A stretch of DNA of 64,000 nt from a virus. Its lineage: Duplodnaviria > Caudoviricetes. The position numbers and the translations under genes were made by a program. Within the stretch, counting starts at the first letter, position 1. Every line of letters starts with the position of its first letter. A model generated the notes under the pieces. That model did not search any database. It was not told the DNA's origin and saw only the letters and a list, made by a program, of their open reading frames with translations. Below, piece by piece: positions 50,257 to 60,011 of this stretch. Location: IMG/VR virus record IMGVR_UViG_3300011006_000010, positions 32,001 to 96,000 of that record; one strand, given 5' to 3'.

Positions 50257-51414
50257 CATGCTATCTTATGTTTCCATAAGCACTGACTATTTTTTACTAC
50301 CTTTATTACCGATAGTATCTCTCTTTCAGACAACGTGCCAATAGTTGCCTTACTCTTCTTCGCGAAGATAGTCGATACAGGCTTCAAACTAATTATTTTT
50401 TCTTAGTGGATATTCATATTCTTCTCTGTGATACATTTTGGTTGTACCGTTTTTTATTCCTATGATAACATTTACAGGCACGTTATATTTTTTTGCAATT
50501 TTATTTAATGAAATACTTGTGTCTTTTATTAAATGAATTATTTCCGTTACCTGATCATAAGTAAAAGATGCTGGGTTTGATGTATTTTTGAATTTTCTTA
50601 TAGGATAATCTATGTTGTCTCTTTTATGCCAAATTCCTTTATTTATTCTAGATATTGCCCTTCCTTCGACATTATATAATTTTCCAATCTCTTCAAAAGA
50701 CTTATATGTTTTTTGCAATAAATATATTATTGAATCAATATCTTCGTCATGAATTTTTCCAACAATATTTTTACTATTTCTGATTGGATAATTATTTTTA
50801 GGGTTATAATATGACTTTCCTTTATCTATTTCGTTTACTGTTGTGGAGGAAAGATTATATTTTCTACCAATCTCTCTGAAGCTTAATGAGGTATATTGTA
50901 AGTCACTAATAAGTTCGATTAATATTCCTTCATCTAGCAATGATTCTGGATGATTAATTCCTTTATAAATAGGAGGACTCTCTCCGCCTTTTGTAATGTT
51001 ATAACCGTTTGGAGTTATTGAATTATAATATTTAATCCAATATTTTTCTCTTTCGTTATAATTAGGAATCGATCTTTCTAATACTTCAAACCAAAAATGT
51101 TCTTTGCCATATTTTTGTATTGCTCTTGCAATTATTTCTCTTTTTGCGGAACTAGGTTTACAATGTTCTTGAAATCTTTCTTTTGTGTTAATTGCTTGAC
51201 CAATATAAACTTTATTGTTTATGTCGTTTTTTATAATATAAATATCTTTTTTAATGCAATTCTTCTCCTTTTAATAATATATGAATATCTAATTAGTTTG
51301 ATTCCCACGAGATTGCCATATTTGTAAGTGCTAAACAAACTTAGGTTTCCTCGTTAGCCATTTTTTAATGACCCCATTGGCTAATGGAAAAGAGATAAAC
51401 GGACAATTCTACTT
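50257..51414 (-). mobile_element. Group I self-splicing intron (IA2-like, 1158 nt) in nrdD
   Basis: P1 GGAU^AA/UUGUCC with U-G at the splice site; P3, P4, P6a, P7 (GACUA/UAGUC), P7.1/7.2, P8, P9 (CUUAUG-GAAA-CAUAAG), P10 and terminal G; splicing restores VRD-GSQSAFTN in frame. Confidence 0.95.
50389..51255 (-). CDS. Intron-encoded GIY-YIG homing endonuclease (288 aa, ATT start) with three HTH-like repeats
   Basis: In frame upstream of the tracked 183-aa ORF: 'DIYII..KVYIGQ..ERF..H...EREKYWI...GYN'. Confidence 0.88.
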   Translation of the reverse strand: MKKDIYIIKNDINNKVYIGQAINTKERFQEHCKPSSAKREIIARAIQKYGKEHFWFEVLERSIPNYNEREKYWIKYYNSITPNGYNITKGGESPPIYKGINHPESLLDEGILIELISDLQYTSLSFREIGRKYNLSSTTVNEIDKGKSYYNPKNNYPIRNSKNIVGKIHDEDIDSIIYLLQKTYKSFEEIGKLYNVEGRAISRINKGIWHKRDNIDYPIRKFKNTSNPASFTYDQVTEIIHLIKDTSISLNKIAKKYNVPVNVIIGIKNGTTKMYHREEYEYPLRKNN

Positions 51415-52098
51415 ATCCCTGACGTAAGGTTGATTTACAGCATAAATAAATCTTTGGAAATTCTGATTAGCGTATTTTCTTTCACTCCCTGAAGATTTAA
51501 TTCCTAAATAGTCGTTATTCACATCTTTTTTCCAGAAGTAAAACATATAAGGAATGATATTTGGGAGTCCAACTGCGCCGCTGGATCTGTTCGCACTGTA
51601 ACTCACAAACTCTTTAACGAAATCAACAAACGTTGTTAGGTGCATTGCCGGCTGGGCATTTAATCCTTCGATAAAATAAAGCCCCTTTTCCGCCAAATCT
51701 TTCAAATCAAACGCAAAGCAATAAGGCTTTATAGACGAAGATGGAGCATCATGCATATATAAGTCTCCAATCCATTCCATTTTTAGCCATTCATTAGCTG
51801 TTTTAAATCCGTATTTTTTTTGGATTTCATAATATATTTTGTTAAATGCCAACAATTTTAAATGAGGCTTGGACATTTCTCTTTCCAATGCAACAACGTC
51901 TTTATGTCCAACATTCGCATTTCCATCAATTGAAGCGTCAGCTACAGTATCTTTATCAACGAAATTATCAATGAATTCAGTATAGTCCAATTGTTCATCG
52001 CCAAAGCCATTAAGACGAGCAATGTCAGTCCCATAATCGCTTTGCAGTTTGTTATATTGCGTTGTAAAATTTTTGTTCAACTTAATATTAATCTGCAT
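51415..52098 (-). CDS. nrdD: Class III ribonucleotide reductase, exon 1 (no ATP cone)
   Basis: 'LYMHD', 'PYCF', 'SSGAVG', 'FIYAVNQP'. Confidence 0.92.
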
Positions 52099-52103
52099 AT
52101 GCC

Positions 52104-52313
52104 TTACCCCCTATTATTTACCCATTTGATTGCCTGACCGAATTCTAATAATTCGTCGTCAACCTCAAGATAAGGCACAGACAAAATACCTTTTTCTTTC
52201 ATAGCATCCTGATCATTTTCAATTGAATAATCAATTCCCTTTTGCTGTAATTTAGCTTCCAAAACTTTACATCTTGGACAGCCAGTTGAATAAACCTTTA
52301 TCAATACACACAC
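52104..52313 (-). CDS. Glutaredoxin-like protein
   Basis: CPRC and 'SVPYL' motifs, next to nrdD. Confidence 0.85.
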   Translation of the reverse strand: MCVLIKVYSTGCPRCKVLEAKLQQKGIDYSIENDQDAMKEKGILSVPYLEVDDELLEFGQAIKWVNNRG

Positions 52314-52531
52314 CCCTTATTGTTTTTAGATTGTCTGTACCTCTCATATTCTTCCATTTCTTTGCTAGTAGTCAAATAATATTTACCCATGATCTTATTC
52401 AAGCGTTTGCAAGCAATATAGAGATACTTAATTTCAAATTTACCGCCAAAAAAATCACTACATCCCTGAATAGATCCTTGATATAGTAACTCATTAGTAT
52501 CGGCATCATAAATATTATATTGTTTATCCAT
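52301..52531 (-). CDS. Small NUMOD1-like hypothetical protein
   Basis: 'IYD....LL..GS...C..F.G' pattern; AGGAGA RBS. Confidence 0.45.
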   Translation of the reverse strand: MDKQYNIYDADTNELLYQGSIQGCSDFFGGKFEIKYLYIACKRLNKIMGKYYLTTSKEMEEYERYRQSKNNKGCVY

Positions 52532-52549
52532 CTTGTCTCCTCTTTATTC

Positions 52550-53005
52550 CTAGTTGTAAATGCGGTTAATTAAACTTGTTGCAAACTGTTTTTCGTCTTC
52601 GACGTTTTCTTTATAAACAGACAACATTGTTTTCCCTTTCTCTCTATACGTTGCAACCACTGTATGATCTTTGCTGAATTCGATCACAATACGTGAAGAA
52701 TCGTCCTGAACAGATGACTCGTCATACAATTCTTCGTCATCATACACACCATCTAAATATTCACACCATCCAATGTCATAATACTCATCATCGCTATCGC
52801 TCAGTTCACGCATTGATTTATAGGCGCTTTCAGAAGATTGCGCATTTGTTGCAATTGCTACATTGTTTCTGCTAACACAGACAACATCGAGATCGACACA
52901 GGATTTGGCTGTTTCAGAAAATGAGTATCCCTCATCACATAATTTTTCAAAGACTTGTTCTCTGATTCGTTCGTCTTTTGGAATTAAAATTCTCCAATAT
53001 TCCAT
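52550..53005 (-). CDS. Hypothetical acidic protein
   Basis: First gene after the consensus promoter. Confidence 0.55.
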   Translation of the reverse strand: MEYWRILIPKDERIREQVFEKLCDEGYSFSETAKSCVDLDVVCVSRNNVAIATNAQSSESAYKSMRELSDSDDEYYDIGWCEYLDGVYDDEELYDESSVQDDSSRIVIEFSKDHTVVATYREKGKTMLSVYKENVEDEKQFATSLINRIYN

Positions 53006-53036
53006 TCAACCACCCCCTTAATTTTACTGTAACACT

Positions 53037-53065
53037 ATTATAAAGGTGTAATTCGCACATGTCAA
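53037..53065 (-). promoter_or_regulatory. Perfect-consensus sigmaA promoter for the nucleotide-metabolism operon
   Basis: TTGACA-17 bp-TATAAT. Confidence 0.8.
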
Positions 53066-53082
53066 TGGATAATGTGTACATT

Positions 53083-56000
53083 TTACACCTTTTTAATAAT
53101 TACTTTTTTTAGCCAATAATCATATTTATCAGGTACATTCTCCCAGATCATCCTGCCATTAGACGGATCAACTTTGCCTGTCGGACGCTTCTGATGTTCT
53201 TTAGACAATGCTGTAATATGCAGAATATCGCCATCGCCGAATGGATATCTGGAGAACTGTGAAGCCCACATCTTCACATTGCGTGTTTTCCCCGAAAAGA
53301 TTTCATATAAAAGTATATTAACGATCTTCGATTTCTTGGCTACTGAAAGAACAAAGTAATCTCTTTTATCTGCTCCAGGGCAAACTGTCTGACAATAACC
53401 AAGGTGCTCAATCTCATTCTTCAACATGTCTTCTATAGAGGTTTTCTCATGAACAGAAGCCACTAGATCTCTTATCAAAGGCGTTGTGTCTTCAACCTTT
53501 ATCTGCTTCGCCGTTTCTTTAGACGCATATCTACGTAACATATCTATGTCAATTTCAGATGAATTTTTTCTAAATATCTTTTTTCCATCATACTTATCAA
53601 ATATTCTCTTTATCTCTAATAATGTATTAACATTGCCAAATTCTTCAAAGAAATTTATTTTAATAAGAATATTAATCTGCCTAGAATCTAGAGTCGTATT
53701 CTGTAAATCTTTTAACAGATCAACAAAAGAATCATAATGGTTATCTCTTAATTCGTATAACTCGTTCCCGATTTTTTCATTCATATATTTAATTGATCCA
53801 ATTCCTTTATATATAGAATTAGTTTCTTTTTCATACATATATTGTCCAATAGAATGTCGAAATCTAGGGGCTAGAAGCTTTATTTTAATACTTTTTGTAT
53901 ACTTGATAAGTTCCATCTGTTTATCCTCGTTGTCTGAATTATTGAGAGCTGCAGTAAGGAATTCTAGCGGATAATAATATCTTAAATATCCTGCTACATA
54001 TCCCAAGTAAGAATATGGCTGTGAATGGTTGAGTGAAAATAAATAATTACTTGCATCTTCAATGACCTGTATAAATGCAGTAATATCTTCATTAGATTTT
54101 TCTTCAGAGATGCCATATTTTTCTTTCATGGTCTTGATATATCCATTAATATGATTAATCTTGTTTTTATCGTCAGGAGCATAACCGCCATTTTTAATGA
54201 TAGGAAGCCAGTCTTCTGTTCCATACTTCTTGGCAAAACATCTTCTGACAATATCTGCCTGCCCCATCGTAAATCCACAGTATTCATGCAAGAATTGAAT
54301 GATCTGTTCCTGAAAAACGAGGTATCCAAAAGTATTTGACAAAAAGTCATCTATGGGTTTTGCTCCAGTTTTTCTAACAACTCCATTTGCTAAATCATCT
54401 CTATATGAAGCTCCTGCAGGTCTGATTGCCGAGTTCCCAATACTCATTAATGTCATTCTGTCAACGTTTTCATTAACAGACTGCATTTGTCTGATATTTT
54501 CATCAGACAATAGCTTGCCAATATAAGACTCAGCATATTTTCCTTCCCATTGGAAGATGCCGACTGTGTTATCTCTAATAGAATTCCACACATTCAGATC
54601 ATCAATATCGACATTGTCTGGAACTAGCCTTTCAATTCCAGCCATCTTACATGTTTCGTTTATGACTTCAATTGTATCTAGTTTTAATAAATCTAATTTT
54701 ACATAATTCAATCCGTCAATTTCCTTCATGTTAATCTGACTGACAGGATATGGATCATTGGCAGTAGACATAATGCCGAATTTTTCAGCTATATTAACTG
54801 GAGATACGACCATGCCACAAGGGTGATTTCCACAAGATACAATAGTGCCATTTACCAAATCAACATATTTGAATACGCCTGAATATTTTTCCTTTGCTTT
54901 ATCCAAATCTGCTTCAGCAGCATTCTTTATTTCTGAAGCGTAGCTAAGATAGTCTATATCCTCAGAGTCCTTATATAGACCTCTGCAAACGTCATCAATT
55001 GCACCCTTTAAGGCTATCGTATTAAAAGTGACGATATCGCAGCAATATAGCCCATGTTTATTGACGATGTATTTCTTAACATCATCAATTCTAGACGGAG
55101 GGAAGTCAGTGTCAATATCAGCTAAGCTTACTCTTTCTGTATTCATAAACCTTTCAAAGTTAAGCTTGTGTTTTATCGAGTCCATTTCAGTAATGCCTAA
55201 TAAATAGCAGATGATGCTGCCGTTAACAGAGCCACGACCATATCCAACTTCTATGTCGTGTTCTTTACACCACTGAATGATATCATCCATTAAAAGAATG
55301 AAATCTATAGCTCCATTATGTTTATATGTTTTAAATTCATTCAAGACTCTGTTCTTGTATTCTGCATAATTTGGCTTCGCTTTTATATTTCTCCATCTCG
55401 CACCTTCATTAATTCTTTTCTTGAAATATGCTTCAGGATCGTCCCATAAGTGAGGGTATTTATAAGACATATCTAGTGAAAACTCTTCTACGGCATCAGC
55501 TAATTTGTTTGTGTTTTCAATAGCCTCTAGAACTACATCCATAGGTAAGGAATTCTGCTTCTCATATGCTTCAATCAGAGTTCCATAAGTTTTAAATTCT
55601 AAATCCCACAAATCTTCTTCTGCAAATCTTACATTTTTTGCCTTTTGCAAAATCTTCCTGCCTTCCATCTGAGAAGAATCTATTGCGTGTGTATCCGTAC
55701 CAACAATCAAAGGAATTCCAGTCTTTTTATGAAGCTCATACAGTTTTTTGTTATAAGAAATCTGATCATCAACGTTATGATGCTGAATTTCTAAAAAGCA
55801 TCTGTTCTTGTTTTTTATGAGGAACTGAATAAATTTTCTCTGAAGCTCTGAATTGCCTTTGTTTAAGATCCCACCCAGGCATGCAGTTAGAACATATACG
55901 TTACTGCTTGTTTTAATCAGTTCATCAAACGTAATTCTTGGAACATAATAGAAATGTCCATCTTCTCTATTAAAGGAAGCACTGGACATTCTATTAATTT

Positions 56001-56298
56001 CTTCAACTCCTGCATAATTCTTGGCTAACAATGTACAATGATAATTATCTCGCACTTTTTCACCGTTAACATCTTCAGTGATATAAGCCTCAATCCCATG
56101 AATATATTTAAGACCGTTCTGTTCGCAACACTGCTTCTTTTTGACCCATCCTAGAACATTGCCATGTTCCGTAAATGCGATCGCCTTCATACCACATTCT
56201 TTTGCCTTTAAAACATATTCGTCAAAAGACGTAATAGAATCTATGTTAATCTGTGCATTTGAAAACATGCTATGTAAATGTAAAATTGTATAATTCAT
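53083..56298 (-). CDS. dnaE: DNA polymerase III alpha subunit (family C)
   Basis: PHP 'LHLHS', 'GRGS', catalytic 'DIDTD', 'HPCG', 'KLDLL', 'FQEQ'; GGAGG RBS before ATG 56298. Confidence 0.93.
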   Translation of the reverse strand: MNYTILHLHSMFSNAQINIDSITSFDEYVLKAKECGMKAIAFTEHGNVLGWVKKKQCCEQNGLKYIHGIEAYITEDVNGEKVRDNYHCTLLAKNYAGVEEINRMSSASFNREDGHFYYVPRITFDELIKTSSNVYVLTACLGGILNKGNSELQRKFIQFLIKNKNRCFLEIQHHNVDDQISYNKKLYELHKKTGIPLIVGTDTHAIDSSQMEGRKILQKAKNVRFAEEDLWDLEFKTYGTLIEAYEKQNSLPMDVVLEAIENTNKLADAVEEFSLDMSYKYPHLWDDPEAYFKKRINEGARWRNIKAKPNYAEYKNRVLNEFKTYKHNGAIDFILLMDDIIQWCKEHDIEVGYGRGSVNGSIICYLLGITEMDSIKHKLNFERFMNTERVSLADIDTDFPPSRIDDVKKYIVNKHGLYCCDIVTFNTIALKGAIDDVCRGLYKDSEDIDYLSYASEIKNAAEADLDKAKEKYSGVFKYVDLVNGTIVSCGNHPCGMVVSPVNIAEKFGIMSTANDPYPVSQINMKEIDGLNYVKLDLLKLDTIEVINETCKMAGIERLVPDNVDIDDLNVWNSIRDNTVGIFQWEGKYAESYIGKLLSDENIRQMQSVNENVDRMTLMSIGNSAIRPAGASYRDDLANGVVRKTGAKPIDDFLSNTFGYLVFQEQIIQFLHEYCGFTMGQADIVRRCFAKKYGTEDWLPIIKNGGYAPDDKNKINHINGYIKTMKEKYGISEEKSNEDITAFIQVIEDASNYLFSLNHSQPYSYLGYVAGYLRYYYPLEFLTAALNNSDNEDKQMELIKYTKSIKIKLLAPRFRHSIGQYMYEKETNSIYKGIGSIKYMNEKIGNELYELRDNHYDSFVDLLKDLQNTTLDSRQINILIKINFFEEFGNVNTLLEIKRIFDKYDGKKIFRKNSSEIDIDMLRRYASKETAKQIKVEDTTPLIRDLVASVHEKTSIEDMLKNEIEHLGYCQTVCPGADKRDYFVLSVAKKSKIVNILLYEIFSGKTRNVKMWASQFSRYPFGDGDILHITALSKEHQKRPTGKVDPSNGRMIWENVPDKYDYWLKKVIIKKV

Positions 56299-56341
56299 AT
56301 GGTACCTCCCTAACAATCTAACATACTCATGGAATCATAAT

Positions 56342-56589
56342 TATAAAGGTCTATATAATACTAGCGGATAATCAGGTGCCGTAAAAGAGAGGTTGTAGCT
56401 GATGAAGTCAGCAGCTTCTTCCTCGTCTTTACACACCCCCCCCTTTGATTAAGTGCTCAATCATCAGATCGTAATCATAGACGGCTTGATTTGAAGACGT
56501 GACTCCCATAAAAGCATCTTCATAATCAGGATCGGCAAATACAATCACGTCTTCAAACCCCATATCTAATATCTGATCAATTACGTTCA
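56342..56589 (-). pseudogene. Conserved phage hypothetical protein frameshifted at a G8 tract
   Basis: G7 would continue ..KGGVCKDEEEAADFISYNLSFTAPDYPLVLYRPL*. Confidence 0.55.
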
Positions 56590-57041
56590 TGTTTGAAATC
56601 TCCTTCGGAAGAATCAACGAAGATTACCAACGTATCTTGCTTTATGCAAACTGCAGAAACTGGCAAACTGCCAATTCTATCCCAATCTTCGCGCATTCGC
56701 CAAGAGCTTTTACCAAGAACATCAACAAATTCAGCATCATCGTCTTCGACGAAATCCCATATGCGACCATAGAAAATTTTACTATTTTCTGACGACGCCG
56801 AATTATCATCTAGAATCATGATATTTCCGCTCATATCATACCTGGATAGTAGTTTTGAAACCGTCATTTTATCATTTAGGATTCCAAGGTTTTCAAAATT
56901 TTCAGAGACTTTTATAAAGCATTCTGCATAGCCAGAGGCAAATCCTTCCTCAAAGGCACGGTCTTCTGACACTGTTACCAACCACCAAGTTGCTGATAAA
57001 TACGCAATAATTATCAATATATAAACAATCGCATTCAACAC
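56577..57041 (-). CDS. Membrane-anchored hypothetical protein
   Basis: N-terminal TM segment. Confidence 0.5.
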   Translation of the reverse strand: MLNAIVYILIIIAYLSATWWLVTVSEDRAFEEGFASGYAECFIKVSENFENLGILNDKMTVSKLLSRYDMSGNIMILDDNSASSENSKIFYGRIWDFVEDDDAEFVDVLGKSSWRMREDWDRIGSLPVSAVCIKQDTLVIFVDSSEGDFKHERN

Positions 57042-57190
57042 ACATCACTTCCTATCTGTAATCATCTTCTGATTTAATATGCTCATACAAGTGTCTATAT
57101 AATTTATTTCTCAAATCTTCGATTTCTTTTCTTAATTCATTAATTTCTTTTGTTGCTCTTTAGTAGTCTTTACTTCGTTTTTCTTAACAT

Positions 57191-57367
57191 TCAAAATATC
57201 CCGCGCACCGTAAGCCCTAATAAAAATCCACAAATAACCCCAGTCAAATAAGCCATAGCCGTTATAGTCATTGCATTCCCCTAATTATATTTACTAACAC
57301 TTACTAGAGCCATAAGCGTTACTCCAGTTGCTAATCCGATCATAAATCCAATTACAAACCCAATCAT
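57191..57367 (-). other. Two tandem tiny hydrophobic ORFs (57281-57367, 28 aa; 57191-57271, 26 aa)
   Basis: MIGFVIGFMIGLATGVTLMALVSVSKYN and MTITAMAYLTGVICGFLLGLTVRGIF; the first is TAATG-coupled. Confidence 0.45.
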
Positions 57368-57711
57368 TATTGTTCATCATCCTTAACGCTTTTAGAGAAT
57401 GGTCTTTGCACACACACCTTTTTGTCTACAGTCTTCTGAAAATGAGAATTACTGCCAAAAATATGTTTTATAATTGCATAAGCTACTGCTGTATAAATCG
57501 AATAATTTTCAGTTTTTTCATTTGAAAGTTTTACAACTTCTTTTTCTCCATCAGCAAAGAATACAATCGTAGCTCTATTATTGATAATAATCTTCGTAAT
57601 TAATTCAGATAAATCAGTTGTAATCAGCAGTTTCTTGTATTGAATGGGATATGTATCAGCCTTAACAGCGTAAAAATAAAGGCTCGGCATCACATGGTCG
57701 TTTGGTAACAT
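57367..57711 (-). CDS. Conserved phage hypothetical protein
   Basis: 'KIIINNRATIVFFADG.K.VVK' motif; AAGGGGG RBS before ATG 57711. Confidence 0.6.
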   Translation of the reverse strand: MLPNDHVMPSLYFYAVKADTYPIQYKKLLITTDLSELITKIIINNRATIVFFADGEKEVVKLSNEKTENYSIYTAVAYAIIKHIFGSNSHFQKTVDKKVCVQRPFSKSVKDDEQ

Positions 57712-57727
57712 AAATTTCCCCCTTGAT

Positions 57728-57895
57728 TTATTTTGATTTAGTTGATCTGATATAATCCTCGATAAATTTATATTTGTCATTGATAGGTTTAAAATTATCC
57801 TTGTCGATCACATTTGCCTCCATGGCAAAAATTGTGTACCCTCGTAAAAAACTTAATGTTAATAATGCTTGTTCTGCATTCTGTTCTTTTTCCAT
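57728..57895 (-). CDS. Unannotated 55-aa protein, apparent paralog of the N-terminus of the upstream gene
   Basis: AGGAGG RBS; 'ALLTLSFLRGY...ME...ID' vs 'ALSSLNYLWGY...ME...ID'. Confidence 0.55.
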   Translation of the reverse strand: MEKEQNAEQALLTLSFLRGYTIFAMEANVIDKDNFKPINDKYKFIEDYIRSTKSK

Positions 57896-57896
57896 T

Positions 57897-58241
57897 TTAA
57901 TCCTCCTCCTTATACACTTCAGGCAACGGCATTCAGGCTACTGCTTCGTAATCTGTATCACACTCTATGCTTGGAAATGCAATCCACTCTTTTGTGACTC
58001 TGTCATAATAGCCGACGATACACAAAGCGTTGTCCAGTTGCATAAGGACGCGCATTTCGTCAAAAGGTAACATTTCGGTGCACGAAATCCACTCCGGTTC
58101 TTCGTAAATATAATCCCCGATATCTTCAAATCTTTCGTTAGTTTTGCTGATAACAGATGAATCAATGTGTTCGCTTTCCATTTTAGCGATAAGATAACCC
58201 CATAAGTAATTTAGGCTTGATAATGCGTCGTGTTTGTTCAT
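57897..58241 (-). pseudogene. DUF551-like protein with TGA at the conserved Trp
   Basis: 'EWISCTEMLP' ... 'VA*MPLPEVY'. Confidence 0.6.
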
Positions 58242-58421
58242 TTGTTATTCCTCGCTTTCTATCTGTAGTTCACCCCATGTTTCCCGATAATTACAACATC
58301 ATATTTAATCAGACATTTTATTGACAAGCATACCCATTTCAAGAACGATATGTCGTAATCGCAAATCTTCCATAAATCATCATTCAAATCTCTTGCTTTA
58401 ATGCTCCATTTACTACCCATA

Positions 58422-58691
58422 TCATTCCTCACTCCAATCTAATCTTTGCCCACACCACCGACAGTATGGGAACCTTACGTAGTTAAGTTCACCCGTTTCA
58501 CAATTTGGACAAAAATATTCCCACTTATAAAAGCTCTGGTTACTTTTATCAAAACGTGGCTTCATTGGCTCAGCCCTCTTAATCAGTTCATCAGCCAGCT
58601 CTATAGCTTTGTCTTTGTCATGTTTCTCTTTCGTGTCGTGGCAGACCACTCTGTATAGCATGGTTTTAATTAGTTTGTAATCATTGGTCAT
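58422..58691 (-). CDS. Zn-ribbon phage protein
   Basis: 'CPNC...YCRWCGQRLDW'. Confidence 0.65.
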   Translation of the reverse strand: MTNDYKLIKTMLYRVVCHDTKEKHDKDKAIELADELIKRAEPMKPRFDKSNQSFYKWEYFCPNCETGELNYVRFPYCRWCGQRLDWSEE

Positions 58692-59053
58692 TTATAGCCC
58701 CTTTCCAAATAACAACTGCGCTAGGAAATGGCGCAGATTGATATTCTTTTCCATTATCGTCAGTAAACTTGATTCTGCCTTTTAAAAAAAATCGTATTTC
58801 AGCTTTGTCAAAGATGTAGTCATGCCAGTATCTTGTATCAGTTCTAGCAGGTTTCAAACTTTCCTCATAGCATTTCTTAATCCATTTAGATATCTCTTTG
58901 CCATATGGTGGGTTGCAGAACACGTTCTCCCCCCCCCCCCCCCCGGGAGCAAGGATCAAGTGTAAAGTGAAACTCTCTGTTTAAATCATCAAACAGGTTT
59001 TGAGGTGTGCACCACTCTTGACTTTTGCTCGTGAATAAAGAATTGTTAATCAT
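58681..59053 (-). pseudogene. Phage Dam-family N6-adenine methyltransferase, frameshifted at G16 and internally deleted
   Basis: 'EWCTPQ.LF..LN.EF.FTLDPC' then out of frame 'VFCNPPYG', 'PARTDT.YWH', 'APFPS'. Confidence 0.8.
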
Positions 59054-59060
59054 TAATTAC

Positions 59061-59378
59061 TCAATCTCCTTTATTATTATTTCCATCAATAATGTTATAA
59101 CCAAGGTATTCTAAAAGATTGATAACATCATCGTCTGTAAATTGTGCCCCAGATGGCAATGTTAACGCGTTGATAATCGAGCTTAAATAATGATGATAAC
59201 CAACAAAGAATCCTAATTCCCTTAAACATTTATAACGTCTGTCGAGCATTATCTGCCTTCTAGGTGGTTCAACTTTATAGACTTCTCTTGAAACATAAAG
59301 AAGTTCTAACAAAATATCTTTATTAATTGATAAATCTTCTTTTGCTCTATATCCCCAATATTCATTGATCATGCTCAT
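59061..59378 (-). CDS. Hypothetical protein
   Basis: ATGA-coupled ORF. Confidence 0.5.
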   Translation of the reverse strand: MSMINEYWGYRAKEDLSINKDILLELLYVSREVYKVEPPRRQIMLDRRYKCLRELGFFVGYHHYLSSIINALTLPSGAQFTDDDVINLLEYLGYNIIDGNNNKGD

Positions 59379-59557
59379 TTATCATCGCTCCTCTTATGTG
59401 CCTGATAATATAACTCATCTCTCTCTTCTTTTCCCATTCTGTATCGCCACAACGGACAATCTTTTGTCGGACACAGACGAACCTCTGATGACTGATCACA
59501 GCAGCAGTCTAAACATTTGGCCCTAATAGCCTTAGCCTTCGTTAATCGTTCTTGCAT
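59375..59557 (-). CDS. Small Cys-rich (Zn-binding) phage protein
   Basis: 'AIRAKCLDC....EVRLCP..CPLW.YR.G'. Confidence 0.65.
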   Translation of the reverse strand: MQERLTKAKAIRAKCLDCCCDQSSEVRLCPTKDCPLWRYRMGKEERDELYYQAHKRSDDK

Positions 59558-59973
59558 TTATCAATTACCTTATGTATTTTTTTGCGAATATGATGTTTGA
59601 ATTTATCATCAAGAGCAATTGGTTCTTCTTCTAGCTTTCTTAATGTTTCTCTTGAAATCCCAAGCATTTTATGAAGTTTGGTTCTACTGACATTATTTTT
59701 TTTAATAAGTGCAGTCAATTCTCTGCCTTTATTCATTTCATTATTCATAAATCCAATAAAATCTTTTCTTGTCGGCAAAGAGCTTTCTCCTTTTTTATTG
59801 CTAGCGACACATAATCTTACGTCTGATGATTTAATAGGATATGCAATCTTGCTACCCACATCGACATAGATAACATCCGTGCTGATGGATTCTACTTTAT
59901 TCTTTGCCTTCTTATCGTTTTTGTTTTTTGTTTCTGCGAATTCCTTAATTTCTTTTGTCAAAAATTTGTACAT
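59542..59973 (-). CDS. Basic protein with C-terminal HTH
   Basis: 'SRTKLHKMLGISRETLRKLE'. Confidence 0.55.
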   Translation of the reverse strand: MYKFLTKEIKEFAETKNKNDKKAKNKVESISTDVIYVDVGSKIAYPIKSSDVRLCVASNKKGESSLPTRKDFIGFMNNEMNKGRELTALIKKNNVSRTKLHKMLGISRETLRKLEEEPIALDDKFKHHIRKKIHKVIDKCKND

Positions 59974-60011
59974 CTCTTCGTCTCCTTAATTCTTTTAGTT
60001 ATCTGTACGTA

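Noticed and set aside
48991-50259. Naturally split two-subunit NrdD starting at ATG 50259
   Set aside because: That ATG is the last three intron bases including the terminal G, has no RBS, and splicing restores a continuous frame.
57933-57935. Genome-wide TGA=Trp recoding
   Set aside because: TGA is a normal stop elsewhere (ATGA/GTGA overlaps at 28300, 31229, 35636, 40040; integrase) and Trp is encoded by TGG.
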